Both the position numbers and the translations under genes were made by a program. A stretch of 64,000 bases of DNA from positions 87,978,001-88,042,000 of the forward strand of contig NC_043002.1 in the NCBI RefSeq assembly GCF_006345805.1. Direction: 5' to 3'. The notes below the pieces were generated by a model. The model was not told the DNA's origin. It searched no databases and saw only the letters and a program-made list of their open reading frames with translations. Source of the DNA: Octopus sinensis (lineage: Eukaryota). Shown piece after piece: positions 39,004 through 52,129 of the stretch; position 1 is the stretch's first letter; every line of letters begins with the position of its first letter.

Positions 39004-39149
39004 TTAATGTAATGAGTTAATGAATTGTAATTAATTAAAATTACATTTATATGGGTGGGGGAACAATTGACTTAATTATTATTTCCGGTCAATAAAGTCA
39101 AGGGAGACAACTTCGAAATTCAACTTGTTTAAAATCTATTAAAAATAGT

Positions 39150-39370
39150 GAAGACGAGTGGCCTTATGGTTAAGAGATTAAGCTGACGATTGAAAGATCG
39201 TGGGTCGGTTCTTAAGTCGGGTGACACGTTATGTCTTTATCAAAGTACTTCATGTTCCCTAACTCCAGACCACTCAGCTGAAAATGGGTATCAGGAGTGG
39301 ATGGGGAGTAACTCTTGTGACGGTCAAACATCCTGTCCAGTGGGTGTATTCAAGAGCAAGAGTAGCAACC
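39150..39370 (+). mobile_element. Old CORE-like SINE
   Basis: gtggccttatggttaag head, ccagaccactcagctgaaaatggg core, catcctgtccag. Confidence 0.55.
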
Positions 39371-39534
39371 GTTCGATGAGCAATTTTCCCTAAAGAAAGA
39401 ATTTTGCGAGCCCTGTTTAAATAAAAAAATTCACTGTAGAACGTAGTGGAGAGTTAGTCTATTGTGTATCATTGCGGAGAAAACTGTAGAAGTTCCAGTT
39501 TTATTGGACCTCTGTAGTAAAGTATAATTTTTAC

Positions 39535-39586
39535 CAAGATTGCCAGATTTATAACCACTAAGTGATAAGGTTTTAGTTAATAAACT
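39535..39586 (-). CDS. Candidate 52-nt exon (SLLTKTLSLSGYKSGNL)
   Basis: ccactcAG|...cttg|GTaaaa; only one frame is open. Confidence 0.3.
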
Positions 39587-40628
39587 CTGAGTGGTGTAAC
39601 AACGTAAAAGAATGACAGCGAGAAAGATAAGATTCCTGGGATTTTCCTCAGCAGGAAAAACAAATAATAATGTGTGTGAATGCCAACATAATTGATATAG
39701 CGAGCTTAGAAGTTTTCATTAATTAAAATTTTGTGGGTTTCGCTACATTGACGAGAAAATATTATTAACTTTATGATTAATTGTGGTCAAAAAAGTTTGC
39801 AGGAAATGACCAGTAGTAACCAAATTTAAAGTTTATACTGTTATCGATTGTAAAATATCTGATCGCTTCTCCAGTCATCGTGTTTAAAGAATTAACAGAA
39901 TTAACGATTAATTTATTTGTGTTTATCTCTCTCGTCATAAAGAAAACGTGTGTCAACAGTTTTATGTGAAAACATAAAACTTTTATCTTACATTTGGCTG
40001 AAGCAATGAATAAATTAGATTTAGTCTGTATCATATCCAAATAAATGGTCAAATTTGCAATATAAAGTCAACAATATAAACATTAACAATTGTACGACAG
40101 GAACAAATAACCAAGGAAATGAATTACGTATACAGTTCAGACAGGGTAGGGGAAATCCGTTATGAGTGTATGTGAACAGTGAGCATTCATAAGGAAATGT
40201 GGTTAAAATATAAATCTATTTTATTCTGCTGGTCGCGACATGTATTCGAGTTAAAAAGAAAACGTTAACTATGGAATGAAAGTGAAGACATAATTGAAAT
40301 ATAATCTTTTGAGTCAACTAAAACTGGTTTTTCAAAAATTTTTAGAATACTCAGAAAAATTGCTAGCAATTGAAAAAAAGGGAATGTGCGCCATTTATCA
40401 TGCATGGAGACCAGGGAAATATGGCCGTGCATATTATGTGTTATACACAGGACAGGTAAAGGGTAAATGTAATGAGTTAATGAATTGTAATTACTTAAAA
40501 TTACATTTATAAGGGTGTAAAGGTATATAGCAATTGAAATGGTTCGTTTTTGACCAGATATCGACACACATCAACATAAATTAAGTTCTTACAACGTTGT
40601 CTTTAATATGAAATTTTTTGTCACGTAC

Positions 40629-40717
40629 CTCACATCCATTTTTGTCACGCACATCACAGCAGATAAATGCAGATTGTGATCATAGACATCGTTGCCCAGC
40701 AAACACATTGGCATTTT
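40629..40717 (-). CDS. Candidate 89-nt exon (KMPMCLLGNDVYDHNLHLSAVMCVTKMDV)
   Basis: aaatttcAG| acceptor, gag|GTACGT donor, single open frame. Confidence 0.45.
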
Positions 40718-41544
40718 CTGAAATTTCAAGGCCAACGTAAATAAACACCGTGAAGCTTTTTAGGCTGTTCAAGAGAAATTCAGGGGAATTAGTAGATATT
40801 TTTGTGCCAAAATTTGAAATCAATATTTACAGGTGGAAGTAGTTATTCTGTGCATTGACACGTACGTCACACATTCTAGATCCTCTTTAAAGAATTCAAC
40901 ATGCATTTCAAATAAAGAAAAATTTGATTAAACTACTTTACTGTGAAAATGAATCAATATAATTCTTGTAAAGGTTCATGATTTAAAACTTAGATATTTC
41001 ATAATTTGTGTCTCTGGCTGTCATGTACGTCATACGAGAAGAGCTCGTTAAGGTAATGAAACAAATCTGCATGCATTTCTACGTTCTTTCATGTCGTCAG
41101 TTACGAACCCCAAATCTGATCTTTAAAGTCCCATAAGAACGATTAGTTTTCATCAGCACAGCATAACGGTATGCTTGTTGATGTGCGTAAAGCTTGGTTA
41201 ATCTATATTTAATAAACGAAGTCGCATAAAGCAGTGTTGAATAAAATATATATCGTGTAATGCATGTTCGACTACACTTGGGTGTCAGAAGACTTTTCGT
41301 TGCAGAAATAACCTCGACAAAAAAAAATTCTCTTCCTAGCAGACATCTGTGAAAACACATTGTGCTGTAAATGACGTCAGTGGCTCGTAGACGCATGCGT
41401 TTCTGCATTCTTTTTGCGCCATCAACAAACATCAAATCTGTCCACTACCTAATAAAAACGATTCGTTCTCATTATCACAGCAAAATGGTACGTTTGCTGG
41501 TGCGCTAAAGCTTCAAAGAGGGAGGGAGACAGAGGAAATGAGAA

Positions 41545-41576
<32 letters not shown>

Positions 41577-42136
41577 GGACGGACAAACGGACAGACAGAC
41601 AAACAGACAAACAGCGAGAGACAAACACAGAGACAGGCAGACAGAGAGCGAGAGATAAACACGGAGGCAGTGAGAGACAGATAGACAGAGTATGTGCTTC
41701 CCACAATATTCTATTAATTCCATTTGTATTTGACGATCTTCTTATTGCTCCAATTTTCTATTCTTCGTGTTCTGAGAATTATCCCAGACTTTTAAAAAAA
41801 GATAATAATGTAACATGGTATTATGTTTTATACACTTTTAATTTCTAATACATTCTGTTGAAACTAATTATTATAAAGAATTAGTATGCTTTGTTGTTTG
41901 TATATCTTGGATTATGTCTCATGAATGGTACAGCATTTCATTCAGTGCTGATAAGGAAAACCATAGAGTACAGGTGCTTCATTTTACGTTATATTTTCGT
42001 CATTTAGACGAAATATACACATGCATATGATACATACATACATACAAATATACATACATACATACATACATACATACATACATACATACATACATACATA
42101 CATACATCTGCCTGGATATTATATTCCTCCTTTTAC

Positions 42137-42193
<57 letters not shown>

Positions 42194-42197
<4 letters not shown>

Positions 42198-43434
42198 GTT
42201 GTCCGGAAAGTTCGTGCCGATTTATAGTAGCTTACCTTTCGACTTATTTTAGAACATGGTTGAGTCCATAAAATAGTATTTGACTACACATCCATTTAGA
42301 GCACAGTTTAAACTATCTCTTCGTGGAACAAGATTTATGTTCCCTATAACCTGTGTTAATTCTGAAACCCTTTAAAATGGAAGATAAGAAAGTTCATTTT
42401 CGGTACTTGATACTTTTCTTTTTCTGTAAAGGGAAAAATGCTTCACAAGCAACCAATGAAATTTGCGCAGTTTACGGTGATGTTTCTTTATCCGAAAGAA
42501 CTGTACGGAAGTGGTTCGCAAGGTTCCGAGTTGGATATTGTAGCCTTATTGATAAAGAGAATTGAGAATTGGCAGAAAGTCTCAACCTATCAAAACCGTT
42601 GTTCATGAGTACCTGGTAAATCTTGGGTACACAAATCGCTACGATTTTGGGGTACCACATAAGATGAGTGAGAAGAACCTTTTGGATCGCATCTCTATTT
42701 GTGATTCGCTTTATAAACGGAATGAAAACGCGCCTTTTTTAAAGCAAATTGAGACAGGTGATGAGAAATGGATTATCTACCGAAATGTTCAGAAAAAGCG
42801 ATCCTGGAGTAAGCGACATGAGCCATCCTTAGCCACCCCAAAAGCGGGTCTTCACCCTAAAAAAGTCTTGCTTTGTGTCTGGCGGGATTGGAAAGGAATT
42901 CTGTACTATGAGCTTCTCCCAAGTAACCAGACAATAAATTCTGAGAAATACTGCACACAACTGGACGAGTTAAAAGCAGTAATTCAAGAGAAACATCCAG
43001 AATTGGCCAACAGGAAGGGTGTTGTTTTCCAACATGATAATGCAAGACCGCACGTTCCTTTGGGAACCAGACAAAAATTGCTGCAGCTCGGCTGAGATGT
43101 GTTACCCCACCCGCCATATTCACCAGATATTGCTCCTTCGGATTTCCACTTATCCAGGTCTGTGCAAAATAGTCTTAATGGTAAAAATTTCAATTCCTTG
43201 GATGACGTAAAAAGATACCTTGAGTTTATTAACTAAAACCTTATCACTTAGTGGTTATAAATCTGGTAATCTTGCCAAGAAAGCACCTCAATTCTGGGAA
43301 GTGGGTATTTTCAAATTAAAGGAAATTTTTGTGTACATATGGTTCATATTTGGTTGATTAAAACTGTAATGGTAAGTATTTATTGACCTTTTTCTTTCCT
43401 TTAAAAATCGACACGAACTTTCCGAACAAGCCAA
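42194..43434 (+). mobile_element. Near full-length mariner (mellifera-like), TA TSD, inactive
   Basis: TIRs ttgggttgtccggaaag / ctttccgaacaagccaa; ATG at 42377; TGDEKWIIY, HDNARPH, PYSPDIAPSDF; stops, a deletion and an insertion. Confidence 0.92.
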
Positions 43435-43507
43435 TACCCAATATATATATATATATCGTTGCTATTATGTTATACTGAATATATATATATATATATATAT
43501 ATAATAT

Positions 43508-44230
43508 CAGTGGCGATTCCGGTACTCCGGCTGTTAGGGCTTAGCCCGAGTACAAATTTTGTAAAGTGAACGTGTATTTGCAAGCTGATTTAATTTCTGC
43601 CAACACTGATTTCAAGTATGTATTTTAAGCCAATAACTTGGCTCCTTTTTTTGAGCCTGGTCGCAGTTCATTTATTTTCGGTCAGCGTCTGGCAGTCGTC
43701 TTAGATGTGCCTTATGTCAAAAAATATTCGTAGAAGACGTTCTCTCGACATCGTTCACACGCGCCTGAATCGGGCTCAGAAGTTACTGCCCGAGTTGTTA
43801 TCTATAACCGTAAAAATTTAAAGTAATTCAAATTCTGTTTTCTTGAAACAATAAATTTCTATAGAGATTAGGATTTAAATTCCAATCTATGAAAAGTTTC
43901 CGTTCTACAATATTCTTAAAGGAACGAAAAATTATCCAGCAACTTATAGCTGATACGAACGAGCCTGGTAGGTATAAAAGACTAACTGGTATCTCTTGTC
44001 AAAAGTACTGACGGACAGTCAGTTCGCTGATGTTTGTTGTGCACTCCGTAGTCTTTATTTAATTGCTGTTATTCTGTGCGTCTGCGTGTAAACATCAGTT
44101 CTGTTTTGCAGGGTTGCTTAATTTTTACCCTTAACTTAGAAATGGAGAAATACGTAGAGCTAGATATAGAAAATAAGCTATTTGGGGCTAGAAATATTGC
44201 GGAAGAACGTGAAATTCTTCGAGCAGGCAT
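43508..44230 (+). mobile_element. Probable 5' end of a hAT-type element (CAGTGGCG terminus, TATAAAAG, short ORF start)
   Basis: cagtggcgattcc start after (TA)n; MEKYVELDIENKLFGARNIAEEREILRAG; no partner TIR found. Confidence 0.4.
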
Positions 44231-44290
44231 GTGTCTTATGCGAAATCTGTGATGAGTCCAAGTGACACTGATGACCTGGCATCGCCTCTG

Positions 44291-44331
<41 letters not shown>

Positions 44332-44419
44332 CGTGTGTGTGCGTGTGTGTGTGCGTGTGTGTGTGTGAGAGAGAGAGTGTGTGTGTGTGTGTGTGTCTGT
44401 GCGTCCAAACGCGATACCG

Positions 44420-44539
44420 TATTCAGTCCCATTGCTTAGCACCTTTGGCAGATGTCTTCTACTATAATATCAGGCTGATCAAAGTCTTGTGAGTTGATTT
44501 TGTGTATGAAAACTGAAAGAAGCCGTTGTGTGTGTGTAT

Positions 44540-44599
<60 letters not shown>

Positions 44600-44750
44600 T
44601 GTGTGTGTGTGTGTGTCTTTGTGTCTGTGTTTATTTATTCGCCACCACCGCTTGATAACTGGTGTTGGTGCGCTTACATTTCCTCGAATTAGCGGTGCGG
44701 CAAAAGAAACTGATAGAATAAGTACTAGGCTTTAAAAAATAAGTACTGGG
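44420..44750 (+). mobile_element. SINE family B copy
   Basis: Family body with internal GT/CA/TA tracts. Confidence 0.75.
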
Positions 44751-44845
44751 ATCAGTCATCTCAATTACTCTGTTTTTAGTAAAAATTATTGGTATCTTTT
44801 TCTAATAAATCAACAATCTGAACACCATCTACCTAGTCCCAATGT

Positions 44846-45060
44846 CAAGCTGGCAGAAACGTTTGCCCGCCGGGCGAAATCCTTAGCAGTATTTCGTCTG
44901 TCTTTACGTTCTGAGTTCAAACTCCGCTGAGGTCGACTTTGCCTTTCATCCTTTCGGGGTCGATAAATAAAGTACCAGTTGTACACTGGGGTTGATCTAA
45001 TCGACTGACCCCGCTCCTCCCAAATTTCGGGCCTTGTGCCTAGAGTAGAAAAGAATATTG
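44846..45060 (+). mobile_element. SINE family A copy
   Basis: Family motifs. Confidence 0.8.
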
Positions 45061-45709
45061 TTATGTGTTGCTTACCGTTTCCATGTCTACGTTTAAGGTG
45101 ACTACCGTTTCAAAGTAGGGGACAGCGTGCCAGTGTTCCTTATATACTACTAGGCTAAAATTGAACCGCATCGTGGAATATGACATATTCGAAGATTTTT
45201 ATCTTACATAATTTATAGTTGCTGAAAACTTTTAGGAAATTAAGCGCAAAGAAAATTATCAATCAGCACATTTCCTCGAAAAATCTAATTCATCAGCTCA
45301 GTTTAAACAATAGAAGATGATCCAAAGCAGGAGTTAAACAGATTGGTCTACACATCTGGTATGAGATCAATAGAGAGTAAACTTAAATTATTCGAACACT
45401 TTAGAGTAAACCCAGATACCGCTATATCTCTGAACTTATGAACTTTAGAAGCAGTGGAAAAGAACGTGGCAACAGTATTCTAATTTGCTTAATTTCCAAT
45501 TACTTTTTCCTTCTGGCATTTTTTGTGACGTTAATTATTAAGTCTATCCCGGTATTTGAGTGGTATTTCATTTTATATACCCCGGAGGGACGAAAAGTAG
45601 TATTTGGACTCAAAACATAAATAATCGTAAAAATACCGCGAGTATTTTGGAGTTTTTTTTTTTAATCCAAAACTCACTATTCTATTAGTCCTGCAAAAGA
45701 TTACATTCT

Positions 45710-46103
45710 TTTTACTATAGACACAGGGCTCGGAATTTGTGGTGTGGGAGGGATAAAATGGATTACATCAACCCCAGTGCCCAACTGGTACTTATTTCAT
45801 TGATCCCGAAAGGAAAGCAAGGTAAATATCGACGTTGGCGAAATGTGAACTCTGAGCCTAAGACCGAAAGATTTTGTCCTGTTCATCCCCTTTGCTCCTG
45901 CAACAATATTGGTTTCAAATTTTGGCACAAAGCCAGCAAGTTCGGGAGCGGGATTAAGTCGATTAAATTGACTTCAGTGCTCAACCGGTACTTATTTTTT
46001 CGACCACGAAAGGATGAAAGACAAGGTTGGTCTCGGCGGAATTTGACATCAGAATGTAAAAACGGATAAAATGCCGCTAAACATTTTGTCCAGCGTGCTA
46101 ATG
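45710..46103 (-). mobile_element. Two adjacent SINE family A units
   Basis: Family motifs occur twice. Confidence 0.7.
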
Positions 46104-46429
46104 ATTCTGCCAGTTCTCCGCCTTATACTCTTGTAGTAATATTAATAATATATCTACAGCAATAAACATTTTTTCCACAGGAATTCATATAAATTTAAGC
46201 ACTAATTGTTGTTATTGAGGAAGAAGACAATTTTGGAAGATACTCTGTTTTCAAGTCTAAGAGCAATAATTGTGGTAAAATTGGGCATTTCTTAGAAGTT
46301 TGTCAACTTCAGGCTGTTCATAATTTAAGTACCGAACTGAAAGGAGGGTGGATTCAGAGAGTAATGATGATAATACGAATTGTGTATTCCGGAAATCATC
46401 TAATGAATAGTACAACTAAACGGGGTACC

Positions 46430-47510
46430 TATATTTATGCAAATATATTCTGCTGACACTTGTTCTATTTCAAGCCACAATATTGCTGTCTCTTTCAGAT
46501 TACCAATTAAGCTTTCATCACGCCGACTTACTTCATTTGATGGTTCAGAATTAAAAGTTATTGGTGAAATAGACTGTTTACAGTCATAATAATAATTTTC
46601 ATTCTTATCAGTTTGTAGTTACTAAAAGTTCATGACACTGAATTGATTGGGTGTGATCTTGGTGTTTGTATGATTTCTCTCTATTTTAATTCATATGAAA
46701 GTATAAAGTTAATTGGTCATTTTAACGTATCAACATCTTGAAAACTTCTGTTCGGTCAGCGCCTACTCAGTTTAAAAAAGCTAAGTTAATAATGAATTAA
46801 TAAGATTATACCAAATGGAAATAACTATCCCACGTTCAGATGATGTTACAAATGCATTCCTCGAAATCAAGCCACGGATAAAAGACAGAAATCTTAGTTT
46901 ATGTACAGAGATTATAAAGTACTTCTAAATAATCGTAACCGAACAGTTAGATATCATCTTTGAATGTGGAAATTGTGCCTCCGAGAATTAAAGGCGCCTA
47001 GAGTTGTTTCAAGATTGACCTGTTGTCTGCTTGTTGGCAAATTAAACATGATAAACAGAGCAGGAGCATACGTAAAGTTAATAACTACTGCCTATCTTGT
47101 CTTCAGAATGGATATATTGTAAATGGGCCACAAGAATTCTAATACAATTTTCAAACATTGCGAGGAAACAGTTTTCAAGATAGTCACGGGAGAATTTGTT
47201 TACCAAGATCATATATTGGCATATGCTGCAACACTTGCAAAGCTTCAGAAAAGATAAAATTTATTTGTTGAATGTCTGAAGGATATAAACGTCTCTTTCA
47301 GTGTAAATAAAAGTGTTTACTATTATCAGATATGGAGTTTCTAGATTCGTGTCTTAGAGCCGATAGAGTTAAATCTTCACAATGACTAATTAACAAGATT
47401 AATAGCTTAAAACATCCTTCTAATAAGGAAGTTAAATAGCTTTTAAGACTTGTCAGCTGCTACAGGGAATTTATTGCTGCATTAGTAGAGTTGAGAAGTA
47501 AAATGGAATA
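46430..47510 (+). mobile_element. Highly degenerate Ty3/Gypsy pol (protease-RT) relic
   Basis: LTSFDGSELKVIGE, KDRNLSLCT, FKIDLLSACWQI, VYQDHIL (YxDD site), MEFL, LKHPSNKEVK*LLRLVSCYREFI. Confidence 0.7.
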
Positions 47511-49039
47511 AGAATGTCTAACTGAGAGATATGTGCTCAGTGTATGCACATTGCGCAACTTACAGTTATAGCCATCAATATCTCTAAGCAGTTGTAGTCT
47601 TATGCACGTGTACTTATTTCGTACTTATGTAAGTGAACTTATTTCATTTTTCATGTAACTGATCTCATTTTCCGTATATGCCGAGCATATGATCTGCCGA
47701 AAGGAGTGTGGTAACGAATTTAATATCTAAGTAACTTGTTAAAGCAAAGAAAGTTTCGAAAAGGAGTTTTAAAAGACATTTCTTTTCATTTTATTTTTTA
47801 ATCGTCACCTTATGTTTATTTAACTTCAACAAATAATGAGAAGGTAATTGAGTTTTCTAACTTCACTAGAATCAATCCTCATCTCAGAAGAGATGAGGAT
47901 TGATTCTTTGTCGGTTGCTAGAATCAACAATCCTTCATTTGGTCGATCAACCGAGCTATCCAATCATTAAATAAGCGTTTAAGTGGCCGTGTATTCCACA
48001 GACACATGTACCTTTAACATAATTTTCAGGCGAAATCAGCGTGACACATTATGTGACACCACTAAATACTAGATCTTTGAATCACATCTACACTTCATCC
48101 GAAGGGCTTCCAAACAGTTTCCGCGTGTCCAACACAAAACTATGGAAAAAGATACATGTCCAAGATGTCACAACTTGGGATCGAACTCGTGATGATCAAT
48201 TATGTCTGTTCGTGATAATGGATTGCACTTGTAAATTACAGTGCATTACTTTCTTGAAGTATCAAAATGTATGTAGTGCAGGTCGATTAGATTACTCTAC
48301 TTAAATTCAAAGTTTGATCATTTTTCATTTTCTTTTCGTTAACACGAGGATAACAACGATAATGTTAATGCTAATGTTAATGGAAACAGACAATTGCGAC
48401 TTCCGGTATGTGAGCAATGGAGGCTTCCTTTCTAGCTAAAATTACATAATTTTAAAAGTCTGTATCTTTTTAGTTATTAATTTCTAGAGAGAATAAATGT
48501 AATTTTTGCAATTAGTATGCAAAACTACATCAGTGTAGAAAATTTGAAAAAATTCTGAAGATGAGAAGAAATTAAAAATCATCCAGTTCGTCTACGTATG
48601 TGAATATGTTGATATTTGTTCAATGTGGTACCATTTTATTTAGTCTCAAGTCAATCGATAATACCTATTAACAGAGGCATAGTTGCTGTAACAATCTCAT
48701 TTCTATATGAACAGTTTAAAACTACATTACCTAATGTATTTTAAAAAAAAAAACATTAGCGCTTCATTTTAGAAAGATTTTGCTGCCCTTTTCTAACATA
48801 CCGAGCAACCACGTAGAGGATTCGTCCACTATTCAAAACGTACGTGCGTGGGTAATTGTCTGTTATATAAAATATATTAGTTTTGATATTGTGTTTACAA
48901 ATAACCCCCCTATACAATATTCTAGTGCAGAGATTTTGTTTGGACGTACATAACCTGAAGCTGATATAAAAGAAGCAAGTCGTAAATATAAAAAAGAAAA
49001 TATACCGAAGTGCGTGTATGTATATAGGTGTGTATATGT

Positions 49040-49520
49040 GCGTATACGTATGTCATTATTCAATTTTGTTTCAAGATTTCCTCTCTAAAGAGAAAGAACC
49101 GGTTTCTAACCTAGACCCAAGACTATTTCATTGGAGTTCCAACAACATCAGCAAGGTATTTTTGCATCTATATGTGCATGTGTGTAGTATTTGGAGTCAG
49201 TGCATGTGCAGATTTGTGTTTCATTTTATGCATGTGTTCTCATGCATATGTTTGCATGCCTAAACATGTCCATATATACCTGAATGGTAAACTTCTCGCA
49301 AGTTTTACAAACTTTTACGGTTCCAGTGATAGCTTGGATCTGTAGTTTTCGAATCAGCTTTCTCTTTCCTGATTTTGAGAAGCCTAATTTCTCAAGTTGG
49401 TACTTAGGTGGCGTGTTACATATCCCAGTGCCCCAATAATTACAGGTATAAACCTGAACTTGTAAACCGAGTAGAGTAACTAGAAATTTCACAATAGTTC
49501 AGCATAGGTGTTTTCATTTG
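49040..49520 (-). mobile_element. 3' end of an RLE non-LTR retrotransposon (R4/Dong/NeSL-like), copy 1
   Basis: ENTYAELL..YKFRFIPVIIGALGYVTRHLSTNLEKLGFSK..LQIQAITGTVKVCKT followed by a 3' UTR. Confidence 0.75.
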
Positions 49521-49704
49521 TACGTGTGTACGTATGTATGTATGTATGTATGTATGTATGTATGTATGTATGTTGTATGTATGTATGTATGTATGTATGT
49601 ATGTATGTGTGTGTGCATGTATGACTATATTTATGTGTGCATGTATGACTATATTTATGTGTGCATGTGCATGTGTGTGCGTATGTGTGTGTGTGTGTGT
49701 GTGC

Positions 49705-50165
49705 GTGTCATTATACAGTTTTATTTCAAAATGTCTTGCCAATAGAGAAAGAGCCGGTTTCTTACCTGCATCCAAAGCTCCTTAATTGGAATTTCAACAG
49801 CCACAATAGGATGTTTTTGTATGTATGTATGTATGTATGTAAGTATATATATATGTATGTATGTATGTATGTATGCATGTATGTATGTATGTATATGTAC
49901 AAATTTATATGTTTTGTCTTATGTATGTATTCTCATGCATATAGCTGCATATCAAAGCATGTACATATATATTTAAATGATAAACTTCTGTCAAGTTTTA
50001 CAGATTTTTACAGTTCCAGTGATGGATTGGATCTATAATCTTTGAATTAGGTTTCTCCTTTCTGGTTTTGAGAAGCCTAATTTCTCAAGATTGATATTTA
50101 TCAGTGCTCCAGTAACTTGTAATCCGGGTAGAGTGACTGTAGATTTCGCAATAATTCAGCGTAGG
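49705..50165 (-). mobile_element. 3' end of an RLE non-LTR retrotransposon, copy 2
   Basis: TYAELLRNLQSLYPDYK..NLEKLGFSKPERRNLIQRL*IQSITGTVKICKT; separated from copy 1 by (TACA)n. Confidence 0.75.
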
Positions 50166-50597
50166 TATTGTATGTATGTATGTATGTATGTATGTATGTA
50201 TGTATGTATGTATGCATGTATGCATGCATGTATGTATGTATGTATGTATGTATGTATGTATGTATGTATGCGTGAGTGTGTGTATGTATGTGTGTATGTG
50301 TGTATGTATGTATGTATGTATGTATGCATGTATGTATGTATGTATGCGTGTGTGTGTATGTATGTATGTATGTATGTATGTATGTATGTTTACATATGTC
50401 TGTGTCTGTTAGAAATAGGGGACAAAAGAATAAGTACTCAATACCGTTCTGTTTAGTATGAATAATTTCATTTAGTTTGCAGAAACGAACACTAATAAAT
50501 AATACCGAAATAAATTTATTCTAACATGGTGGATTGAAGTTTCACACGATTTTCTTTTTTTTTTTTTTTTTTCTTTCGGAAAACTACCAATATTTAC

Positions 50598-50650
50598 CAG
50601 TGTTGGTGTCAACCAACCAAGTTACATCATTCGTACTTAACTTCACCTTG
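50598..50650 (-). CDS. Candidate 53-nt exon (KVKLSTNDVTWLVDTNT)
   Basis: taactcAG| acceptor and ctg|GTAAAT donor; open frame. Confidence 0.3.
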
Positions 50651-50889
50651 CTGAGTTACTTTATTTAGTTCGTTAGTTTTAGCGCACACACACACACACA
50701 CACACTCACGCACACACACACACTCACACACACGCATACAGCACACGCATACAGACAGATCTCACTTAATGGTTTTACATTTAACATCGTTTCGTTATAT
50801 CGTCGATGTGAAATAATATAAAACTAAAATTAAAATTTTCAATGTGTGTGTTTCTTTCTTTTGTAATTTGGTTTTCAACTCAGTAAAAT

Positions 50890-50959
<70 letters not shown>

Positions 50960-51008
50960 GTGCATAGCAACGATAGTCACTCAGTTTTTTTTTCTTTTAT
51001 TTCACAAG

Positions 51009-51245
51009 CGTCGTCTCAGATACAACTTTCATAAGTCTACTGTCTACTTCCTACGGATGCAACTCTTTCAATGTACAACAATACGTAACATTTAGAATAG
51101 TGAAGTTACTGGTATCTGTGGGTGAAGAAACATTTAACAAGGATCTCATGAAGATAGAAAAGCATCGTATTGAAAAAGATTATAAAAGTGCCGATGCAAA
51201 ACTACCACGAATTTTAACGTCTAAGAATTTGTCTGATGTTTCAAA
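51009..51245 (+). CDS. Candidate 237-nt exon of an unknown gene (VVSDTTFISLLSTSYGCNSFNVQQYVTFRIVKLLVSVGEETFNKDLMKIEKHRIEKDYKSADAKLPRILTSKNLSDVS)
   Basis: Strong T-tract acceptor ttttatttcacaAG, 79 open codons in AT-rich DNA, ends at aa|GTAAAG or TAA. Confidence 0.45.
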
Positions 51246-51383
51246 GTAAAGTTGCGACCGCTTTCACAATATAAGATCCAGAAAGTGAGAGAAAGATTCA
51301 AAGCAAACAGGTTAATGATGAATGGATACAACTGATATAAGGAATTCTACAAATAGGAGAGCGATAATTGTTTCTACCAAAGG

Positions 51384-51735
51384 CACAAAGCCTTGAGATT
51401 TTTGGGGAGAATGCAGTCGATTTCATCGACCCCCATGGCTCGACTGGTACTTATTTTATTGACCCCAAAAAGATGAAAGGCAAAGTCCGCTCTTAGCAGA
51501 ATTTGAACACAAAACGTGAAGCCGGAAGAAATTTTAGCACAAGGCCAGCAATTTCAGGGAAAGGGACTAAGTCGATTACTTCGATCCCAGTACTCAACTG
51601 GTACTTATTTCATCGACCCCGAAAGGATGAAAAGCAAAAGTTGCCCTCGGCAAAATTTGAACAAAGAGCGTGAAGCCAGAAGAAATGTCGCTAAGCACTA
51701 TATTCGGTATGTTAACGATTCTGACTGCTCGCCAC
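51384..51735 (-). mobile_element. Two diverged SINE family A units
   Basis: Family motifs occur twice. Confidence 0.7.
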
Positions 51736-52093
51736 CTAATACAGAAGAGAAATAATGCACAACAAACCTTGGAAGTATTCTTCAAGATAATCATTATTTT
51801 ATTGAGTTTTACTAATCTCTCTTAAGTGTATTTAGACGAACTCATATATCAATATTTAATACTAGAAGTGTTTTCACACTTTAGAAATTTTTTGATGTCT
51901 TTGTGACTAGGAATACAAAGTAGGAATAAACAGTCTGAGCATACAGTAGAAATGCAATTCTTATCTGTACCATTGAACCAATAGCAAAATTAGCTTTACT
52001 TTATATCGTTTCACTTAATGCCGCACATCTTAAGAATCTTTCAATGACGTTAAGTGAGACCCGATTTCATATATGAATAGTATGCGCACGCGC

Positions 52094-52129
<36 letters not shown>

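Noticed and set aside
41097-41515. 112-aa minus-strand ORF with a repeated AHQQ..AV.M.TNR motif
   Set aside because: It reflects a DNA-level direct repeat of about 63 bp (41140-41200, 41452-41515); no protein family was recognised.
44240-44290. Hammerhead at tgatgagtc-caagt-gac / ctgatga
   Set aside because: There is no GAAA after the stem and no stems I or III.
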